From Schizosaccharomyces osmophilus (lineage: Eukaryota): a DNA stretch of 64,000 nucleotides. The position numbers were made by a program, and so were the translations under genes. The notes under the pieces are model-generated. The model worked only from the letters and a program-made list of their open reading frames with translations, did no database searches and was not told where the DNA came from. Of this stretch, positions 58,765 to 64,000 are shown in pieces. The DNA lies in the NCBI RefSeq assembly GCF_027921745.1, contig NC_079239.1, positions 2,542,001 to 2,606,000 of the forward strand, written 5' to 3'. The first letter of the stretch is position 1; each line of letters opens with the position of its first letter.

Positions 58765-60516
58765 ATGTTTAAAAGTGAACAGCTTTTTTTAGAATCCCTG
58801 AATGATGGAGTACTGAAGGCTTTTCAATATTGTTTTCGGTTCTTAAGACATGGACAGAAAAAAACTTTTATGCTCGGTTTATCCACTTCTATTATTAAAG
58901 AGTTTCTAGTTGATTCTAGGAATTACCCTGTGGAAACTGTACAAAAGCTTTGCTCCTCGAATATGGCGGACGAGCTAAAATACAAAATTCGACCTGTGCA
59001 TATAGACGTCCAAGCAGAAGACGAGTCGGCAAGCTATATTAGAAGTTATCTAGGAAAAGAAGGATTGAAATCGTTTGGAGGTTCTCACTGGTGGCTATAT
59101 CGTAACAGCCCATTGAAAGCATGGTGGTTTAAAAAAAAACAACCAACGCAACATCTGTCCAGAGATGAGAAAATAATTTTTTACGTACATGGTGGTGCCC
59201 ATTACTTGAGCACGGTACGAACGAATGCTTATCACATTCAAAAGCACACTTCTGCCCTTGGAGTCCGAACATTTGCTCCTGAGATACGTTTGGCACCTCA
59301 ATTTCCAGCTCCCTGCTCATTACATGATATCCTATCTAGCTATTTATATCTAATACGAAAGCATGACCCAAAAAACATTATATTTATTGGAGATTCCTCT
59401 GGTGCCAGCCTTATTCTTTCTCTTTTGATTTTAATGCGAGATTGCAACATCCCTTTACCTGCTGGGACTGTCTTGAATTCTCCATGGGTTGATTTAACCC
59501 ATAGCCTTCCTTCGATAGTTGATGATTATTCCACTGACTACATACCCCCGGAAGGATTCCATCATCGTGCAAGTAGATACTGGCCTGTTGCAAACGTGGA
59601 TACATTATTTGCTAGCACAACATCGTCCATGAAGAACTTATCAAAGGAAGAATTATGTAAAATAATATCTGAAAGAATGCAGCATCAAGTAGAGAAAATA
59701 AAGTCTGTTATTCCTGCATTTCGAAAGCTAGGCAAGGAAAACGGACGGATGTCCTACAGAGATGCACAGGATCGTTTGGATCCAAATTTTTTCTACACAT
59801 TTCCCTTTCAAGTTCAATTTTACGCTCCTAACCATCTATTAACCCATCCTTTGGTTAGTCCTTTGTTTACGGAAAACTTAGGCGGTCTTCCTCCAACGTT
59901 GGTCTTGGGAGGCGCTTCCGAAAGACTTCGAGATGAAATTGTTTATATTGCACATAGGATGGCAAAAGATGTGTATAATGGGGAAAAGACAAAAGTTCAA
60001 TTAGAGCTGTACGACTCTTGCTGTCATGTGGTAACTGCTTTACCCTTTGTCAGTGAAGCCCACATCATGGCTCGACGTATAGCCAATTTTTCTTATTGGT
60101 GTTTAAAGCGAGAAGACAACAGCTTCGTTTCTCGCAATAAACACATTACCGGCGAACTTCCTTCTTCATTAGATGAGATGGTCCGTCTTCGAATTTCGCG
60201 CGACGGAAAGGAGCGGCCAATGGAGTCAGAATCTGAAATGCCAAGCCTTCGAATTTCAAGGGAAGTACTTGGTACAATACAAATAGAAGCTTTATGCAGA
60301 TGGATAGATGTTGATTTTGAAATTTTATCTAAGGATGGTGCGAAAGCTGCGAAGCTTTTTGGTGAATTTAAGCATGCTGAAATTCATGGCTACCTAGAAA
60401 AGCCGGAATATTTTATCCAGGAAGGTGAGAATCCCCCGATATCTGCGGTGGTAGCGAATTCTAAAATACACCCTCAAGACTCTAGCAAAGGAAGTTTCTT
60501 CGAGAGCTGTTTATAG
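58765..60516 (+). CDS. GDXG/hormone-sensitive-lipase family esterase (SPAC4A8.06c-like)
   Basis: YVHGGAH, RLAPQFP, GDSSG nucleophile motif, SPWVDLT, VSPLF and ERLRDE. Confidence 0.85.
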   Translation: MFKSEQLFLESLNDGVLKAFQYCFRFLRHGQKKTFMLGLSTSIIKEFLVDSRNYPVETVQKLCSSNMADELKYKIRPVHIDVQAEDESASYIRSYLGKEGLKSFGGSHWWLYRNSPLKAWWFKKKQPTQHLSRDEKIIFYVHGGAHYLSTVRTNAYHIQKHTSALGVRTFAPEIRLAPQFPAPCSLHDILSSYLYLIRKHDPKNIIFIGDSSGASLILSLLILMRDCNIPLPAGTVLNSPWVDLTHSLPSIVDDYSTDYIPPEGFHHRASRYWPVANVDTLFASTTSSMKNLSKEELCKIISERMQHQVEKIKSVIPAFRKLGKENGRMSYRDAQDRLDPNFFYTFPFQVQFYAPNHLLTHPLVSPLFTENLGGLPPTLVLGGASERLRDEIVYIAHRMAKDVYNGEKTKVQLELYDSCCHVVTALPFVSEAHIMARRIANFSYWCLKREDNSFVSRNKHITGELPSSLDEMVRLRISRDGKERPMESESEMPSLRISREVLGTIQIEALCRWIDVDFEILSKDGAKAAKLFGEFKHAEIHGYLEKPEYFIQEGENPPISAVVANSKIHPQDSSKGSFFESCL

Positions 60517-60872
60517 GATTCCTTGTCCTTTGTTTGTAACTAGGACATTGACTATTCTTCGGTCCTTTAATACTCGTTTTGTAACGATATTTATGGGGTT
60601 GGACTTTAGACATTCTTTGCCTTTCCAAGTTTAGTCTTTTTTAGCGTTCATAACATACAGACGATGGAAAATTTCTTTAGTGTGCTTCATACGCTCGTTT
60701 ATTTATATAATGAATTGTTTTGTTTTATTTTTTTTTTTTTGTTCACATCCTTTTTGTTTACAGTACATGCGTGTAAATTGGTTGTCATGGTAACATATAT
60801 AAATATTTACGTTTGAACGCACACCGAAGCTGTGCGGTGTAATCTTGCCAATGTTTGAATCCCTCTAATTTC

Positions 60873-63800
60873 ATGTCGTATTTATCAAGAGATGATTCCG
60901 GCTATGCAAAGCACTCTATCGAAAACATTGTGAATGGAAAAACAGTTGAGAACGCCGCAAGAAAGGCGTCCTTTGATGAACGAACCTGGGTTTGGATATC
61001 TGACCCTGAGGATGTCTACTTAAGGGCATGGATCGAAGAAAAACTGAATTCAAACTCCCAATACAAAGTTCGATTAGAGAAAGATGGAAGCGAACGAATT
61101 GTAGATTCAAAGAGTACGGGAGAAGTGAACCCTCCGAAGTTTGACATGGTAAACGATATGGCCGAGTTAACATGTCTCAATGAACCTTCAGTTATTCACA
61201 ACCTAATTCAACGGTACGAACGAGACTTAATTTACACATACTCTGGTCTTTTCTTAGTAGCCGTGAATCCATATCGGTCATTACCCATTTACGGCGATGA
61301 TATAGTTAAGAAGTATCATGCAAAACAATTTCCTGAAGTCAAACCACACATCTTTCGTGTAGCAGATATTGCTTATAGGAATCTGCTGGAGAGGGAGCAA
61401 GATCAATCAATTTTGGTAACTGGTGAATCAGGTGCTGGTAAGACCGAAACCACAAAGAAAGTTATTCAATATCTTACTGCAATTACTGGTACTTCTAGCA
61501 ATGATTCTCAACTTTTAGAAAACAAAATTTTAGATACCAATCCCGTTTTGGAAGCATTTGGTAATGCCCAAACTGTGCGAAACAATAACTCCTCTCGCTT
61601 TGGAAAGTTTATACGAATTGAGTTTTCTATAGATGGTAGCATAGTTGGTGCTAACTTGGACTGGTACTTGCTTGAGAAATCTCGAGTTACTAATCCATCT
61701 CCTAACGAACGAAATTATCACATTTTTTATCAATTATTGCGTGGTAGTGATGATAATTTACTACGAGAATTTTTTCTTGAACGTTCCGTTGACAAGTACA
61801 CCTATTTGAAAAATTGTGCGAAATTTGTTTCAGGAGTGGATGATGCTTCGGAATTCCGTCAAGTCTGTGCCGGACTTACTACACTTGGATTTAGTGCCGA
61901 AGACACAAAGCAGCTTTATACTGCAATCGCTGCTGTCTTACATCTGGGAAATATAGAGGTTGCCTCTGATCGTGCTGGCCAGGCACGGTTCCCATCTTTG
62001 ACACACATTGATCAGCTCTGTCATCTGTTAGGTATACCACCTGAAGCTTTTATAAATGCAGTTTTGCATCCAAAAACAAAGGCAGGGAGAGAATGGATTG
62101 TTAATGCACGTACAAAGGAGCAGGTTCTACATACTCTTCAATCACTCGCAAAGAGTTTGTATGAAAGAAATTTTGCATTCTTAGTTGATAAGCTAAATCG
62201 GACAATGTATCAGACTCAGAATGATAACAAGTACTTTATAGGCGTCTTAGATATTGCGGGATTCGAAATCTTTGCGCACAATAGCTTTGAGCAACTCTGT
62301 ATTAATTACACGAACGAAAAGCTTCAACAGTTTTTTAATCATTACATGTTCATTCTGGAGCAAGAAGAATATTCTCAAGAAAAAATTGAGTGGGATTTCG
62401 TTGATTATGGTAATGACTTGCAGCCAACCATAGATGTAATCGAAAAGTCAGAACCGATTGGCATCCTTTCTTGCTTAGACGAAGATTGTGTTATGCCAAT
62501 GACAACAGACAATACCTTTACGGAGAAGCTACATTTGCTTTTGAAAGGAAAGTCTGACATTTACCATCCTAAAAGGTTCTCGTCAGAAGGATTTGTTTTG
62601 CGACATTATGCCGGTAATGTTGTTTATTCTACCGAAGGATGGTTGGAAAAGAATAAAGATCCTCTTAACTCTAACCTCGCAAATTTAATATCCCAATCTT
62701 CAAATATGCATATATCTTCCCTTTTTTCTGATTACTCTTCTGGGAACACTTTGAATGGTGATCATTATGAAAAGAAGGGTATTTTCCGTACCGTTTCTCA
62801 AAGACACAGACGACATCTTAATACTCTAATGAAGCAACTAGAAGCTACACAACCGCATTTCGTCCGTTGTATTATTCCAAATAGCATAAAGAAGCCTAAA
62901 TTTATTGAGAAAGGACTAGTTTTAAACCAGCTACGATGTAATGGTGTTTTGGAAGGAATTCGAATTGCCCAGACTGGGTTTCCTAACAAGCTGTTGTACA
63001 CAGAGTTTCGATCTAGATACGGGATTCTATCAAATACACTAGAAAGGGGTTATGTAGAAGCAAAAAAGGCTACTGTGGCTATTATAAAGGAGTTGGATTT
63101 ATCTAGAAGCGTCTATAGACTAGGTAAAACCAAAGTTTTTTTCAAGGCTAATGTGCTTGGGTTTCTCGAAGATCGAAGAAATGCGATGCTGCGAAATATT
63201 TTTAAAGCCTTTTCTTCTACAATAAGGGGATTTCTTGTACGACGTCGCCTTTATCGGTTAAACCATCGCCAGGACGCTGCTATTGTTTTACAGCATAACT
63301 TAAGAGAATTGAATGTTTTAGGGAAGCACCCTTGGTGGCATTTATTTTTAAAATTGAAACCTTTATTGGGGACAACTCAAACCGATGAATATCTACGTCG
63401 TAAAGATGCACTCATCAATAACCTTAGAATTCAATTAGAAAAAGCAGAATTGGTTTCTGTTGAACTAGAGGCTAATCGTCAGCAAATTTCAAGCATTTCG
63501 AAGGAGCTGAGTGAGGAACAGGCGGTTTCGAAAGAAAAAGAGATTCTAGTTGAGCGAGCCAATTCTAGAGTTGAAGTTATAAATGAGCGACTTTCCGATT
63601 TGGTAGAACAATTGCACATAAGTCATGATAAATATACTTCATTGTACAATGAAAAGAAGGAGACTGACGAGCAATTTGAGAAATCCAAATCCTTAACGAA
63701 TCATCTTCAAGGATTAATTTCGACTTTGCAAGAAAAGTTGGATTCTTCTGTTGCAGCAAATGAAGAAACGAAAAGAAAATACAAAGAGATGGAATCATCT

Positions 63801-64000
63801 CATATTAATTTACAGGCAGATTATGAGCACTATGCACAGCTGTTAGATTCTCAACGAAGTACTTTAGCGGAAGAGCAAACGAAACTTGACAGGTTAAAAC
63901 AAAGTAAAAACAAGCTAGAGGAAGAAATTCTTTTTAAAGGCAATTTACACAAAGCAGAAGTGGACGAATATAAGTCTGAAAACTCTAGTCTGAAAAACCA
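60873..64000 (+). CDS. myp2: Type II myosin heavy chain Myp2/Myo3 (motor, IQ, start of coiled coil); runs off window end
   Basis: MSYLSR...FDERTWVW; NPPKFD; GESGAGKT P-loop; NNNSSRFGK; DIAGFE; QLRCNGVLEGIRI; heptad tail. Not in the ORF track because there is no stop codon in the window. Confidence 0.9.
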   Translation, partial: MSYLSRDDSGYAKHSIENIVNGKTVENAARKASFDERTWVWISDPEDVYLRAWIEEKLNSNSQYKVRLEKDGSERIVDSKSTGEVNPPKFDMVNDMAELTCLNEPSVIHNLIQRYERDLIYTYSGLFLVAVNPYRSLPIYGDDIVKKYHAKQFPEVKPHIFRVADIAYRNLLEREQDQSILVTGESGAGKTETTKKVIQYLTAITGTSSNDSQLLENKILDTNPVLEAFGNAQTVRNNNSSRFGKFIRIEFSIDGSIVGANLDWYLLEKSRVTNPSPNERNYHIFYQLLRGSDDNLLREFFLERSVDKYTYLKNCAKFVSGVDDASEFRQVCAGLTTLGFSAEDTKQLYTAIAAVLHLGNIEVASDRAGQARFPSLTHIDQLCHLLGIPPEAFINAVLHPKTKAGREWIVNARTKEQVLHTLQSLAKSLYERNFAFLVDKLNRTMYQTQNDNKYFIGVLDIAGFEIFAHNSFEQLCINYTNEKLQQFFNHYMFILEQEEYSQEKIEWDFVDYGNDLQPTIDVIEKSEPIGILSCLDEDCVMPMTTDNTFTEKLHLLLKGKSDIYHPKRFSSEGFVLRHYAGNVVYSTEGWLEKNKDPLNSNLANLISQSSNMHISSLFSDYSSGNTLNGDHYEKKGIFRTVSQRHRRHLNTLMKQLEATQPHFVRCIIPNSIKKPKFIEKGLVLNQLRCNGVLEGIRIAQTGFPNKLLYTEFRSRYGILSNTLERGYVEAKKATVAIIKELDLSRSVYRLGKTKVFFKANVLGFLEDRRNAMLRNIFKAFSSTIRGFLVRRRLYRLNHRQDAAIVLQHNLRELNVLGKHPWWHLFLKLKPLLGTTQTDEYLRRKDALINNLRIQLEKAELVSVELEANRQQISSISKELSEEQAVSKEKEILVERANSRVEVINERLSDLVEQLHISHDKYTSLYNEKKETDEQFEKSKSLTNHLQGLISTLQEKLDSSVAANEETKRKYKEMESSHINLQADYEHYAQLLDSQRSTLAEEQTKLDRLKQSKNKLEEEILFKGNLHKAEVDEYKSENSSLKN

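Noticed and set aside
1..64000. CRISPR arrays, rRNA, prokaryotic operons or defence systems
   Set aside because: Eukaryotic intron-containing sequence; no repeat-spacer arrays or rRNA seen.

Overview
AT-rich fungal chromosomal DNA with short GT-AG introns and CTRAY branch points. It comes from a fission yeast, probably not S. pombe itself (S. octosporus/cryophilus/osmophilus-like). From memory of S. pombe, the gene order matches the chromosome I block SPAC7D4.12c-SPAC823-SPAC4A8.05c: DUF1212 protein, orphan, iss10, atg1802, ppa1, ptf1, she9, vps11, sphingoid-base phosphatase, hem25, taspase, rrp3, pga3, taf3, tlg2, rrp36, ppk15, tom6, tif33, cdc3, tRNA-Ile(UAU), prs1, pts1, sds22, fas2, rog1-like lipase, cwf21, intron-containing U6 snRNA, mitochondrial ValRS, lcb4, esterase, myp2. 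Exon structures were rebuilt by hand. Gene symbols come from recognised motifs plus remembered synteny, not from a database search. The one stretch I cannot place in that conserved order is about 22.7-25.1 kb, between pga3 and taf3. It holds a tightly spaced, divergent pair of small intronless orphan two-TM membrane-protein genes. One has a C-terminal PPxY motif and the other an N-terminal coiled coil. This is a candidate two-gene poison/antidote (or ubiquitin-adaptor/cargo) module and is the main lead in the window.
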